Of a stretch of DNA of 33,108 nucleotides, positions 7,711 through 16,482 are shown piece after piece; within the stretch, counting starts at the first letter, position 1, and every line of letters starts with the position of its first letter. The notes beneath the pieces are model-generated. The model was given only the letters and a program-made list of their open reading frames with translations, was not told where the DNA came from and searched no databases. The DNA is from Dehalococcoidia bacterium (GTDB lineage: Bacteria; Chloroflexota; Dehalococcoidia; E44-bin15). Location of the stretch: NCBI GenBank assembly GCA_004376075.1, contig SOJQ01000016.1, forward strand, positions 1-33,108, in the 5' to 3' direction. The translations under genes were made by a program, and so were the position numbers.

Positions 7711-9207
7711 CTAATCCCCTAAGCCACATATTTTATAGACCAGCTCCATGTCGAGGCTATGACGCACCAGCTCTGCCAGCTTCTCGTAATTTTCCTCTTT
7801 TGTGGGAAGAGGTGCTCTTGGCAATAGAGGGAGCCTTTTACCCTGGTGGAGTCGGGCGAGAAAGGCGTGTCGAAGATCGGCGTTATCGAAGAGACCGTGC
7901 AGATAGGTGCCCAGGATGTTTCCGCTTACAGCGCCATCAAGGTGGCTAATCTCTCTGTCCCCTCTCCGGGTGACCTCAAAGGCTGGCGCCATGTTACCTA
8001 TAGTCTGCCCCATGTGAATCTCGTATCCTGTTACCTCCAGCCCTTTCGTCCCCTGTAGTAAGCCCTTATCTCCGACAACCTTCGCTTTTATCTGGTAGGT
8101 GGCCTTTTCGGGTTCAAAGATAGTGACCACATTGAGCAGCCCCAATCCTCTAATGCTGCCCTTTTTGGATTCCACGCGGCGGGGATCCTCTATTCTCTTC
8201 CCCAGCATCTGGAATCCTCCACAGATGCCGATCACAGGTGTGCCAGCCTTAGCCCGCTGAATTATTGCCGAGGCTAGCCCCGTCTGCCAGAGAAGCGCCA
8301 GGTCGGCGATGGTGCTCTTGGTTCCGGGGAGGATGATGGCATCGGGTTCGCCAAGCTCATCGATGGCGGTTACGTAGCGCACATGCACCCCCTCCTCCTG
8401 CTGGAGGGGCTCAAAGTCGGTGGAGTTTGAGATGTGAGGCAGGTAGATAATGACGATCTCCACCTCTTTTCGTTCTGGCTCAATGTGGTAAATGGAGTCC
8501 TCCTCGGGAATGAGGATATGGTGGTAATAGGGGATGACGCCGACGACTGGCCTGGAGGTGATTTTCTCCAGCTGATCTAACCCGGGTTTGAGAAGAGCCA
8601 GGTCGCCACGAAACTTGTTAATGATAAAGCCTTTAATGTATTCCCTCTCCTCCTCATCGAGGAGGACCAGCGTTCCCACCAGGGAGGCGAAGACCCCGCC
8701 CTTGTCGATATCTCCTACAAGCAAAACCGGTGCCTGGGCCATTTTCGCCACCCTCATATTGACGATATCGCTCCCCTTAAGGTTTATTTCAGCGGGGCTT
8801 CCCGCCCCCTCGATAACCACAAGATCATAGGCGGAGCGAAGCTGTGCCAGCGATCCCTCAATTACCCCTAGAAGCTCAGGGGTATGGCGATAGTATTCGC
8901 CGGCAGCCAGAGTGAAGGCCGGCTTGCCCAGAACCACGATCTGGGCTCTGGCATCCTCCTCGGGCTTGATCAATATAGGATTCATTTCCACGCTGGGCTC
9001 GATCCCTGCCGCCTCCGCCTGAACCACCTGAGCCCGCCCCATCTCGCCCCCATCCCTGGTGACAAAGGAATTCAGGGACATGTTCTGCGACTTGAAGGGG
9101 GCTACCCTGAGCCCATCTTGGTGGAAGATGCGGCAGAGTGCGGCAACCACCACGCTCTTCCCCACTGAGGAGCCGGTGCCCTGGATCATCAAGGTCTTGG
9201 CGCTCAT
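7711..9207 (-). CDS. cobQ: Cobyric acid synthase (CobQ/CbiP)
   Basis: MIQGTGSSVGKS, PFKSQNMSLNS, EGAGSPAEINL, DIDKGG, INKFRGD, PGTKST, GICGGFQMLG, GYEIHMG, GTYLHGLF. Confidence 0.96.
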   Translation of the reverse strand: MSAKTLMIQGTGSSVGKSVVVAALCRIFHQDGLRVAPFKSQNMSLNSFVTRDGGEMGRAQVVQAEAAGIEPSVEMNPILIKPEEDARAQIVVLGKPAFTLAAGEYYRHTPELLGVIEGSLAQLRSAYDLVVIEGAGSPAEINLKGSDIVNMRVAKMAQAPVLLVGDIDKGGVFASLVGTLVLLDEEEREYIKGFIINKFRGDLALLKPGLDQLEKITSRPVVGVIPYYHHILIPEEDSIYHIEPERKEVEIVIIYLPHISNSTDFEPLQQEEGVHVRYVTAIDELGEPDAIILPGTKSTIADLALLWQTGLASAIIQRAKAGTPVIGICGGFQMLGKRIEDPRRVESKKGSIRGLGLLNVVTIFEPEKATYQIKAKVVGDKGLLQGTKGLEVTGYEIHMGQTIGNMAPAFEVTRRGDREISHLDGAVSGNILGTYLHGLFDNADLRHAFLARLHQGKRLPLLPRAPLPTKEENYEKLAELVRHSLDMELVYKICGLGD

Positions 9208-9761
9208 TTCTCGTCCTTCTTGCCTAGCGCCTTGAGTTCCATGGGAAGGCCTGCAATCATCATGTAGACCTTATCGGCGCGCTCGGCGATAAATTGATTG
9301 GCTTTGCCCAGGAGGTCGCGGTAAGCCCGCCCCGAGGGATATGGAGGAACCAGCCCCATGCCCACCTCGTTGGAGACGATAATGAGGCTGGCGTTTTTTC
9401 GCTCTAGGAGCTGGTTTAATTCATTGGCTATTTCGCTTTCTAAAGCGGCTAGGTCTTCGGGGTCATCGGCATTTTCCATAAAGTTCGAAATAAGGAGAGT
9501 GAGGCAATCTAGGATTACCACATCGGCATCCCCGATGTGCTCTCTTATCGCTTCGGCGACATGTTTGGGGGCTTCCAGGGTTCGCCAGGTGCTGGGGCGG
9601 GCCTTCTTATGAATCTCGATGCGGCGGCGCATCTCTTCATCCATAGCCACCAGAGGGGCAACGAAGAGCACCCTCTCGCTAAGGCTATCAGCTAGCCTCT
9701 GGGCAAAGCGACTTTTCCCGCTCCTGGCGCCGCCTAAAATGAGGATAATTTCCCTCTTCAC
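9204..9761 (-). CDS. cobU: Bifunctional adenosylcobinamide kinase / cobinamide-phosphate guanylyltransferase
   Basis: GGARSGKS, EMRRRIEIH, DCLTL, VSNEVGMG, AGLP. Start placed at GTG 9761 behind an AGGAGG RBS. Confidence 0.95.
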   Translation of the reverse strand: MKREIILILGGARSGKSRFAQRLADSLSERVLFVAPLVAMDEEMRRRIEIHKKARPSTWRTLEAPKHVAEAIREHIGDADVVILDCLTLLISNFMENADDPEDLAALESEIANELNQLLERKNASLIIVSNEVGMGLVPPYPSGRAYRDLLGKANQFIAERADKVYMMIAGLPMELKALGKKDEK

Positions 9762-9771
9762 TTCGACCCTC

Positions 9772-10515
9772 CTAGAGGTAGCCTCCATAGATAAGGGGAA
9801 CTAGAATTAGCACCAAAACCTCGATCACCTCATTGATCGCCCCATAGGTGTCACCAGTAAGTCCACCCAGTCTCCTTTTCAAAAAGATTGCCATTATTAT
9901 GGCGACAAGCCAAATTCCCGCCATCAGTGCCAAGCCCAATAGCTTCATTAGAAGCACTGATATTGCCAGGGCAATCAATGTCGCTATGGTCATACTCTGC
10001 CAGTTCGCCTGCTCCTTGAAGATTTGCCCTATGCCTTCCCTTCTGGCGGAGGGATAGGCGAAGACGGCATAGACTATCGCCCAACGACTGAGAGTGGGCA
10101 TGAGGAGAAGGGCAGCCATCCTAAAGGCAGCTGGCACAAAGATTAAGGAGATGCTCTTGACCAGGAGCAGGGAGCACGCCCCTACCACCCCAAAACCTCC
10201 CGCTCTGCTATCATGCATAATCTCCAATCTCTGCTGCGGCGACCTACCGGCAGCCATGCCATCGCAGGTATCGATAAAGCCATCGAGGTGATTGGCCCCG
10301 GTGAGAAGGATCAAAGCTACGATGATTAATACGCTCCCCAAGGCCATGGGCAAGAACAGAGCGAAAAGGCGGTCTAAACCGTATAACGCCCCTCCTAACC
10401 CCAGCCCGATAAGGGGGAAATAGACCAGGGATCTGCCGATCTCCATTGGGGTGGCCTCCCGCCGCAGGGGGGAGGGGATTACGGTCAGAAACTCAAGTGC
10501 TGCCAGAAAACCCAT
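9772..10515 (-). CDS. cobS: Adenosylcobinamide-GDP ribazoletransferase (cobalamin synthase)
   Basis: FLTVIP, LTGANHLDGFIDTCDG, IMHDSRAGGFG, LGGLTGDTYGA. Membrane protein. Confidence 0.95.
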   Translation of the reverse strand: MGFLAALEFLTVIPSPLRREATPMEIGRSLVYFPLIGLGLGGALYGLDRLFALFLPMALGSVLIIVALILLTGANHLDGFIDTCDGMAAGRSPQQRLEIMHDSRAGGFGVVGACSLLLVKSISLIFVPAAFRMAALLLMPTLSRWAIVYAVFAYPSARREGIGQIFKEQANWQSMTIATLIALAISVLLMKLLGLALMAGIWLVAIIMAIFLKRRLGGLTGDTYGAINEVIEVLVLILVPLIYGGYL

Positions 10516-10587
10516 TGTTTTCGCCTTTTTCGCCCTATTTGTGGCTTTCTCTCGGGTCGCTGTGGGTCATTGCTCCTCGGCTGATAG

Positions 10588-11658
10588 TTATTTCAGTTTA
10601 TTATTGGCCTCGGCGACCCCGGCCTCGGCGAAGGTAGCCATCTCTGCCAGGGTCCTCAGGGCTGCCTCAATAATAAAGATCGCTAGCGCAGCCCCTGTCC
10701 CCTCGCCCAGCCTCATCTCTAGGTCGAGCAGAGGTTCGAGTCCTAGGTGTTTAAGGGCGACCCGGTGTCCCCTTTCCGCTGAGATGTGCCCCGCGATGAG
10801 GAAGTCGCCCAGCTTTGGTGCCATTCTGGTGGCGATGAGCGCCGCCGCCCCGGAGATGAAGCCATCGATGACGATGGGGATGCGATGCCTCGCTGCCCCG
10901 ATCATCACCCCCACCAGCCCCCCGATCTCAAAGCCGCCCACCTTTGCCAGCACATCGAGGGGATCGGCGGCATCGGGCTGGTTGACCCTGAGCGCCCTTT
11001 CTATGACCTTCACCTTATGTCTTAGCTGTCTATCGCCTATCCCGGTGCCCCGTCCGGCGACCTTTGCCACCGACTCCCCGGTGATGGCAGCGGTGATGGC
11101 ACTTGAGGCGGTGGTATTTCCGACGCCCATGTCGCCGCTGCCCACAATGTCCAGCCCTTTTTCGAGCTCCCCTTCCAAAATCTCAATACCCGCCTCTATG
11201 GCCTGAAGCGCCTCCTCCCGGGTCATCGCAGGCCCCCGAGCCATATTGCGTGTCCCGTAGGCAACCTTTCTGGAGACCAGGCTTGAATGGGGCTCAAGGT
11301 CAGTTCTCACCCCCATGTCAACAACCACCACCCGAGCGCCCACCTGTCGCGCCAGAACATTGATGCCAGCGCCACCATGAAGGAAATTTTGAACCATCTG
11401 GGCGGTGACCTCTTGAGGGAACAGGCTTACCCCTTCAGCCACTACGCCATGATCGGCAGCCATGGTCACGATGGCTTTATGCTCAAGCCTGGGTATTGCC
11501 TGGCCCCTGATCCCGGCCACCTTAATGGAAAGCTCCTCCAGCCTTCCCAAGCTCCCCTGGGGCTTGGTCAGATTGCTCTGTCGCTGTCGGGCGGCGCTCA
11601 TTGCCGCCTCATCCAAGGGCTTGATCTCCTGAATCGTCTCTAGGTACATTGCTACCAT
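10588..11658 (-). CDS. cobT: Nicotinate-nucleotide--dimethylbenzimidazole phosphoribosyltransferase
   Basis: LTKPQGSLGRLE, AADHGV, GDMGVGNTT, GRGTG, GGFEIGG, DGFIS, MRLGEGTGA (catalytic Glu), MATF. Confidence 0.96.
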   Translation of the reverse strand: MVAMYLETIQEIKPLDEAAMSAARQRQSNLTKPQGSLGRLEELSIKVAGIRGQAIPRLEHKAIVTMAADHGVVAEGVSLFPQEVTAQMVQNFLHGGAGINVLARQVGARVVVVDMGVRTDLEPHSSLVSRKVAYGTRNMARGPAMTREEALQAIEAGIEILEGELEKGLDIVGSGDMGVGNTTASSAITAAITGESVAKVAGRGTGIGDRQLRHKVKVIERALRVNQPDAADPLDVLAKVGGFEIGGLVGVMIGAARHRIPIVIDGFISGAAALIATRMAPKLGDFLIAGHISAERGHRVALKHLGLEPLLDLEMRLGEGTGAALAIFIIEAALRTLAEMATFAEAGVAEANNKLK

Positions 11659-11664
11659 CCTTCT

Positions 11665-12765
11665 TTATTTTTCATAGCCAAGAGGGGTTATCTCCTTAAT
11701 GGCGGTGATCAGCTTTCGACAATCGGGCAGCGGGCGCGGCGCAATACGGATATACTCCGGTAAGCCGAAAGAGGTGCAATCTCGCACCAAAATTCCTCGC
11801 TCAAGCAAAGCACGACGAAACCTTTTGGCGTCCCCTACCTCGACCAAAAAGAAATTAGCCTGGGAGGGCAATGGCTGCAAACCAAGCTCAGCGAGTTCCT
11901 TTATTAGAAAGTCTTTCAGGTGCTGGATACCGACTTTGCACTTCCTCATATATTTCTTGTCAGCTAGAGCAAGGATTCCTGCTCTCTGAGCCACGACATT
12001 GACATTCCAAGGGGGGCAAACCTTACGTAGGTTGGCGATGATCTGCTGCTGGGCAATGGCATAGCCCAAACGCAGCCCAGCTAGGGCATGGCTCTTGGCC
12101 AGGGAGCGCAGGACGAGCACATTGCCCCGCTGAATAATGTCCAGCGACGACCAAGCATTATCGACAAAGGCGATATAAGCCTCATCCAGGATGAGGAGGC
12201 TATCCTCACAAGCTACTAGGATCTGCTCTATTTCCTCCCTCGCCAAATATTGTCCGGTAGGATTATTGGGGTTGCATAGAAAGATCCCTTTTGGGCAGTG
12301 GCGTCGGATTAAGTTCACCGTCTCCGTTACCTGTAGCCTGAAGCTTTGTTGCGCCGTTAAGCGTTGTTTAAGCACCCCAGAGCCGACCAGTTGGCAGGCG
12401 ACCTCGTACTCGCCGAAGGTGGGCTCGACGATCAGCACCAGGTCTTGAGGCCCAAAATAGGCCTGGGCGACAAGTCGAATAAGCTCTACCGAGCCGCTGC
12501 CAACCAGGATGTCTTCCGGTGCTATGCTCAGTTCCTGCGCCAGGCACTCCCTTAATTCCGTAGCCTCAGAATCAGGGTAAAGGGCGATGGGTAACGAGGT
12601 CAAAGCCTCCCTTACCCCAGGTGGCGCACCGAAGGGATTGGTGCTGACGCTGAAGTCAACGACGTCCCCGGCGGCGAGGCCAAATTTCTTCAGCTCAGCG
12701 TAATCTGGACCGCCGTGGGGGCAAGGGGATAGATTTTCAACTTCTGACCTAGGAGACAAAGGCAA
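11665..12765 (-). CDS. cobD: L-threonine-O-3-phosphate decarboxylase (PLP; Salmonella-type CobD)
   Basis: HGG, DFSVSTNP, CNPNNPTG, DEAY, RSLAK (PLP lysine), ILVRDCTSF. TTG start at 12765 behind GAGGTGG. B12 operon context separates it from HisC. Confidence 0.85.
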   Translation of the reverse strand: MPLSPRSEVENLSPCPHGGPDYAELKKFGLAAGDVVDFSVSTNPFGAPPGVREALTSLPIALYPDSEATELRECLAQELSIAPEDILVGSGSVELIRLVAQAYFGPQDLVLIVEPTFGEYEVACQLVGSGVLKQRLTAQQSFRLQVTETVNLIRRHCPKGIFLCNPNNPTGQYLAREEIEQILVACEDSLLILDEAYIAFVDNAWSSLDIIQRGNVLVLRSLAKSHALAGLRLGYAIAQQQIIANLRKVCPPWNVNVVAQRAGILALADKKYMRKCKVGIQHLKDFLIKELAELGLQPLPSQANFFLVEVGDAKRFRRALLERGILVRDCTSFGLPEYIRIAPRPLPDCRKLITAIKEITPLGYEK

Positions 12766-13680
12766 GATACACCACCTCGACAAGGAAGCAGAGCAGACCC
12801 CAGAGGAGTGCTGTGATCCCCATTATTCTTAATGAAGCGTCGATAGTTTCTGGGAGCAGGAGGCTATTGGCATCACCGAGTATATAATGCCCCTTTTTCT
12901 CCAGCTGCACATCTAGCGCTCCAGCAGCTGCGCTCATCGTCCACCCGGCATTGGGACTCTCAGTCTTGGCATGGTCACGAAGGATGACCCGGAAAGTGGC
13001 TAAGAAGCGCTTTCCCAATAGAAAAGCAGCTACCGCCATCATCAGGCTGGTAAGCCGCGCTGGGAGGAAGTTTAAAGCATCGTCCAGTCTGGCCGCAAAT
13101 TTGCCCAAGTGCTCATATTTCCCATGATAGCCAATCATAGCATCAAAGGTGTTGACCACTCTATAGGCGATAGCTCCCGGTAGGCCAAAGAGTATGAAAT
13201 AGAATAAAGGGGAAACAAAGCTATCACAGGTATTCTCAGCCACCGATTCCACAGTAGCCGAGACCAGCAATGGCTTATCGAGCCCGCTGGTATCACGGCT
13301 CACCAAGGAGCGCATGGCAGCGCGTGCCCGAGGGAAATTATCGGCTATCAGCAACCCCTTGACCTCATGGGCAACCCTCCTCAGCTCCCTAATCGAGAAA
13401 GTTGATTTGAGCACTAAAGCACCCACTATGATATAGGCTGCTTGGCTCAGCTCCCTGAGATAAGCTAGGAGAAAATAAATGGGTATAGCAAAAAAACCAA
13501 TGGCAAGCAAAACCGCCCCAGCGCCGTAAATTAGCTGAGCAATCGAGCCCCTGCCACGGGTGAGCCTTTCGATAAGGGATGTAAACTTACCCATCCAGAC
13601 TACGGGATGCAAAATAGAGGGTGGCTCGCCAAAGACAAGATCGATGGCAATGGCAAGGATTAGAAAAGTACATGCTCCAT
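12749..13680 (-). CDS. cbiB: Adenosylcobinamide-phosphate synthase, apparently frameshifted near codon 6
   Basis: HPVVWMG, LVSRDT, ESVAEN, YRVVNTFDAMIGY, ARLDD, SPNAGW. The conserved N-terminus (LAIAIDLVFGEP) lies upstream of the listed TTG but is out of frame with ATG 13680. Confidence 0.9.
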
Positions 13681-13690
13681 GCCACCGCTT

Positions 13691-14425
13691 TCAACCAAAG
13701 TCCTCTTTCTGATGCTTAAGGATAGCCTCCTTTGTAGCTGCCGTCACCGCCTTGGCCAGCAACTCTCCCATCTTAGCGTGCCCACCCATATAGTGGATTT
13801 TGGCACCTACCCCTGATACAATCATTACATTATCAGTCCCTGTCCCTGTGGCTTGATATTGCGGGCTATAAGAGCTTCTTACATCCAGATCCTGGAGTGC
13901 TACTATCTTTGCCTCAGTAGCAGTAATTATCGATCGAACCATAGCTCCTTCAGATAGGGAAGCATTGGTCAAAGCTATGATATTTATAGTTCCCAGCGCC
14001 TCAAATTTGCCATCCCTTTCTAAGTGGTGCCCCTCATCCACGCCTATTCTTAGAGCATTAGACATAACCCCAGCGGTGACGACGGCACAAATCCTGAACT
14101 CGGCAAAGCGCTCCTCTCTGACGGCGAAATCATCAATATCTACGCCTGTAGAGAGGAAGGCGACCTCCTGCGGAGAAAGCCCCAGATCGGCAAGCACGCT
14201 ATCTAAGTAGAGCTGCCAATCTCGATGCAGGAGATTCCAGAGCTGAGGGGGATTGGAATTATTACATACCACCCTCGCCTGCTTAAATCCCTCCCTGGAA
14301 CTTAGGACCAGTCTTGGTTGAGAGAAGATTATGAGCAGGGTCTTTATCGGGACGCCTTGATATTGGTGGTAAACCACCTCAGCTTTTGCCTCTTCAAACT
14401 GCCAAGAGATCTCTTTCCTTGTCAT
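13691..14425 (-). CDS. cbiZ: Adenosylcobinamide amidohydrolase
   Basis: TAGVMSNA, GTINII, TATEAK, ATGTGTD, GGH motifs. Confidence 0.9.
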   Translation of the reverse strand: MTRKEISWQFEEAKAEVVYHQYQGVPIKTLLIIFSQPRLVLSSREGFKQARVVCNNSNPPQLWNLLHRDWQLYLDSVLADLGLSPQEVAFLSTGVDIDDFAVREERFAEFRICAVVTAGVMSNALRIGVDEGHHLERDGKFEALGTINIIALTNASLSEGAMVRSIITATEAKIVALQDLDVRSSYSPQYQATGTGTDNVMIVSGVGAKIHYMGGHAKMGELLAKAVTAATKEAILKHQKEDFG

Positions 14426-14478
14426 CAGATCGCTCCATCTGGGTAAAGTAGCAAGCGGGATCCCACTTCTTCAAACAT

Positions 14479-15390
14479 TCAACCCCCCTCCTGGAATAGT
14501 TCGAGATGGATCATCCTCGCCATCTCCTCCAGAGCATCGACGATGCGAGGGCCTCCCCGGCTGGTCAGGTCACCATCGATAGGGTAGATTCTTCCTGTCC
14601 TGATGGCTGTAGTTTGGCTCCAGCCAGAGAGTTCCTCGAAGTCTGGGACATCCACCGTACCATGGCAGTCGTCGAAGATGATGATCTCTGGGTCAGCGTT
14701 GACCAATGCCTCGAGGCTGAATTGTGTCCATTGGCCTGCTGTTGCTGCTATATTCTCACCCCCGGCTAAGCCGATCAAGGCATCAATAAAAGAGCCTTCC
14801 CCGGCCGTCCAAGGCTTGGTAGGGTCGGAGGCATCAATCACATAAAACACCCTTGGTTTTGGGGCATCCCCGGTCTCGGCAACAATGGAGTCGATGCGTT
14901 GCGTCATATCGCTCACCAGTTGTGCCGCTCCCTCCTCTGTGCCCGTGATCTGCCCCATCAACTCAATATTGGCAAAAATACCGTCGATGTCCTTGGCGTT
15001 GAAGACAACCACCGCCAATCCTTTGCTCTCAAGCTGGGATACCAGGTCGGGGTAGTGAATGTTGGCAGCCAAGATAAGGTCAGGCTCCAGATCGATAATC
15101 CTTTCCAGGCTGGGCGTGGAAAAACCACCAACCTTGTCCTTAGCCAGCGCCTCGTCGGGATAGTCGCAGTAGTCGGTCACCCCCACCACCCTATCCCCCA
15201 GATCGAGGGCAAACAGAACCTCGGTGATGCCAGGCCCTAGGGAAACAATACGTTGAGGAATCTCCTCTATATTGACGGTCCTTCCCATATCATCGGTTAT
15301 TGCGCCTGGCCCAGGAGTTGGAGGGGTACAAGCTATCACTAAAGCAAGCACTAAGGTCGAAAAAAGCAAAATCAAAGCAAGCCTTTTCAT
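14479..15390 (-). CDS. btuF: Cobalamin-binding lipoprotein of the ABC transporter
   Basis: Start at ATG 15390 with AAAGGAG RBS. Lipobox VIAC. TDDMGR, RIVSLGP, TEVLFAL, VGVTDYCDYP, RGGPRI. Confidence 0.9.
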   Translation of the reverse strand: MKRLALILLFSTLVLALVIACTPPTPGPGAITDDMGRTVNIEEIPQRIVSLGPGITEVLFALDLGDRVVGVTDYCDYPDEALAKDKVGGFSTPSLERIIDLEPDLILAANIHYPDLVSQLESKGLAVVVFNAKDIDGIFANIELMGQITGTEEGAAQLVSDMTQRIDSIVAETGDAPKPRVFYVIDASDPTKPWTAGEGSFIDALIGLAGGENIAATAGQWTQFSLEALVNADPEIIIFDDCHGTVDVPDFEELSGWSQTTAIRTGRIYPIDGDLTSRGGPRIVDALEEMARMIHLELFQEGG

Positions 15391-15415
15391 TGGAGCTCCT
15401 TTCAAAAGAGTAAAC

Positions 15416-15448
15416 AAAAAAATCCCCTCGCTCTGCAGAACGGGGGAT
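15416..15448 (-). terminator. Riboswitch expression-platform terminator
   Basis: ATCCCC-CG-TTCTGCAGAG-CG-A-GGGGAT followed by a T run, between the aptamer and the btuF RBS. Confidence 0.85.
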
Positions 15449-15467
15449 ACATTACTTGATGCTTCCC

Positions 15468-15620
15468 ACCCCCTTTCTCCGCGGAGGTTTCAGGGAAACC
15501 AGAGGCTGGTGTTCTGACTTCGCCGAATTATTCGGAGTCACAGTAGGCGGGACTGTGCCGGATTCTCACCGGTCTTGCCTTCCATTTAAGCCCTCGCTCG
15601 CGCTCGGGCACCTCTGGGTT
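15468..15620 (-). promoter_or_regulatory. Cobalamin riboswitch
   Basis: Minus strand: closing stem CCAGAGG/CCTCTGG, GGTGCCC...GGGCTTAA, CCGGTGAGAATCCGG T-loop hairpin, ACAGTCCCGCCTACTGT, B12-box-like AAGTCAGAACACCAGCC. A downstream hairpin with GCGGA loop could kiss the CCCGC loop. Directly upstream of btuF. Confidence 0.92.
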
Positions 15621-15638
15621 CACTATTAAGTTTTGCTT

Positions 15639-15667
15639 AGTATAGCATACCTGGGGGCAAAGGTCAA
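15639..15667 (-). promoter_or_regulatory. Sigma70-type promoter of the cobamide operon
   Basis: TTGACC, 17-nt spacer, TATACT with extended TG; positioned just before the riboswitch. Confidence 0.8.
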
Positions 15668-15679
15668 TATCAAATTGCC

Positions 15680-15708
15680 TTGACACTGCCCCCAAACTCA
15701 GTTATTAT
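15680..15708 (+). promoter_or_regulatory. Sigma70-type promoter of the acyl-CoA cluster
   Basis: TTGACA, 17-nt spacer, TATTAT. Confidence 0.75.
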
Positions 15709-15738
15709 CGGCGCAAGCCTTCCTTTCGGGGATTTGCT

Positions 15739-16482
15739 ATGTCCTATGAGACCATTATCTATGAGAAGAAGGGGCAAATTGGCTATCTCACCCTCAACCG
15801 CCCCCAGGTGGATAACGCGATAAACGCTCAGATGGCTAAAGAGTTGGCCGACGTGTGCCAGAGGATTAACCAGGATGAAGAGGTTAGCGTGGTGATTTTT
15901 ATGGCGGATGGAGATAATTTTTCCTCAGGGTGCGACCCTCAAGAGAGGGAGGCGGCAGGCGAGGCCTCCGCTGCGATAGCGAGCGTTGAGCGAGTGGTGA
16001 TCGCTGCCATCAATGGGGATGCCTTGGGCGAAGGGTTGGAGTTGGTTTTAGGCTGCGATATAAGGGTTGCCTCTGAGGGAGCGAGGTTTTGCTTCCCCCA
16101 TACCAGTTACGGGCTGATCCCCGGGGCAGGGGGAACCCAAAGGCTGCCTCGCCTTGTGGGAAAGGGCAAAGCCTTGGAGATGATCCTCACCGCCGAACCT
16201 ATCGATGCCCAAGAGGCTTTTCGAACGGGATTAGTTAATAAGGTAGTCCCGTCTGAACGGCTTCTTCAAGAGGCGGAGGAGATGGCAAAGAGGATAATCC
16301 CCAGGGGTCCCATCGCCTTGAGGTATGCTAAAGAGGCGGTAAATAAGGGCCTTGACCTCACCCTGGAGCAGGGGCTGAGGCTGGAAGCCGACCTCTACTT
16401 CCTTATTCAAACCACCGAGGACAGGATGGAGGGGATCAGGGCTTTCCTGGAGAAGGGGTCTCCCCAGTTCAAAGGGGGATGA
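15739..16482 (+). CDS. Enoyl-CoA hydratase/isomerase (crotonase) family protein with atypical active site
   Basis: TLNRP, FSSGCD, IAAING.ALGEGLEL, GLIPGAGGTQRLPR. The second catalytic Glu position is His121. Confidence 0.9.
   Translation: MSYETIIYEKKGQIGYLTLNRPQVDNAINAQMAKELADVCQRINQDEEVSVVIFMADGDNFSSGCDPQEREAAGEASAAIASVERVVIAAINGDALGEGLELVLGCDIRVASEGARFCFPHTSYGLIPGAGGTQRLPRLVGKGKALEMILTAEPIDAQEAFRTGLVNKVVPSERLLQEAEEMAKRIIPRGPIALRYAKEAVNKGLDLTLEQGLRLEADLYFLIQTTEDRMEGIRAFLEKGSPQFKGG

Noticed and set aside
10451-11206. 251-aa plus-strand ORF
   Set aside because: Antisense shadow of cobT with Ser/Pro/Ala-rich composition.
11665-12783. Histidinol-phosphate aminotransferase (hisC) call
   Set aside because: HGG and RDC.SF motifs and the position between cbiB and cobT favour threonine-phosphate decarboxylase.
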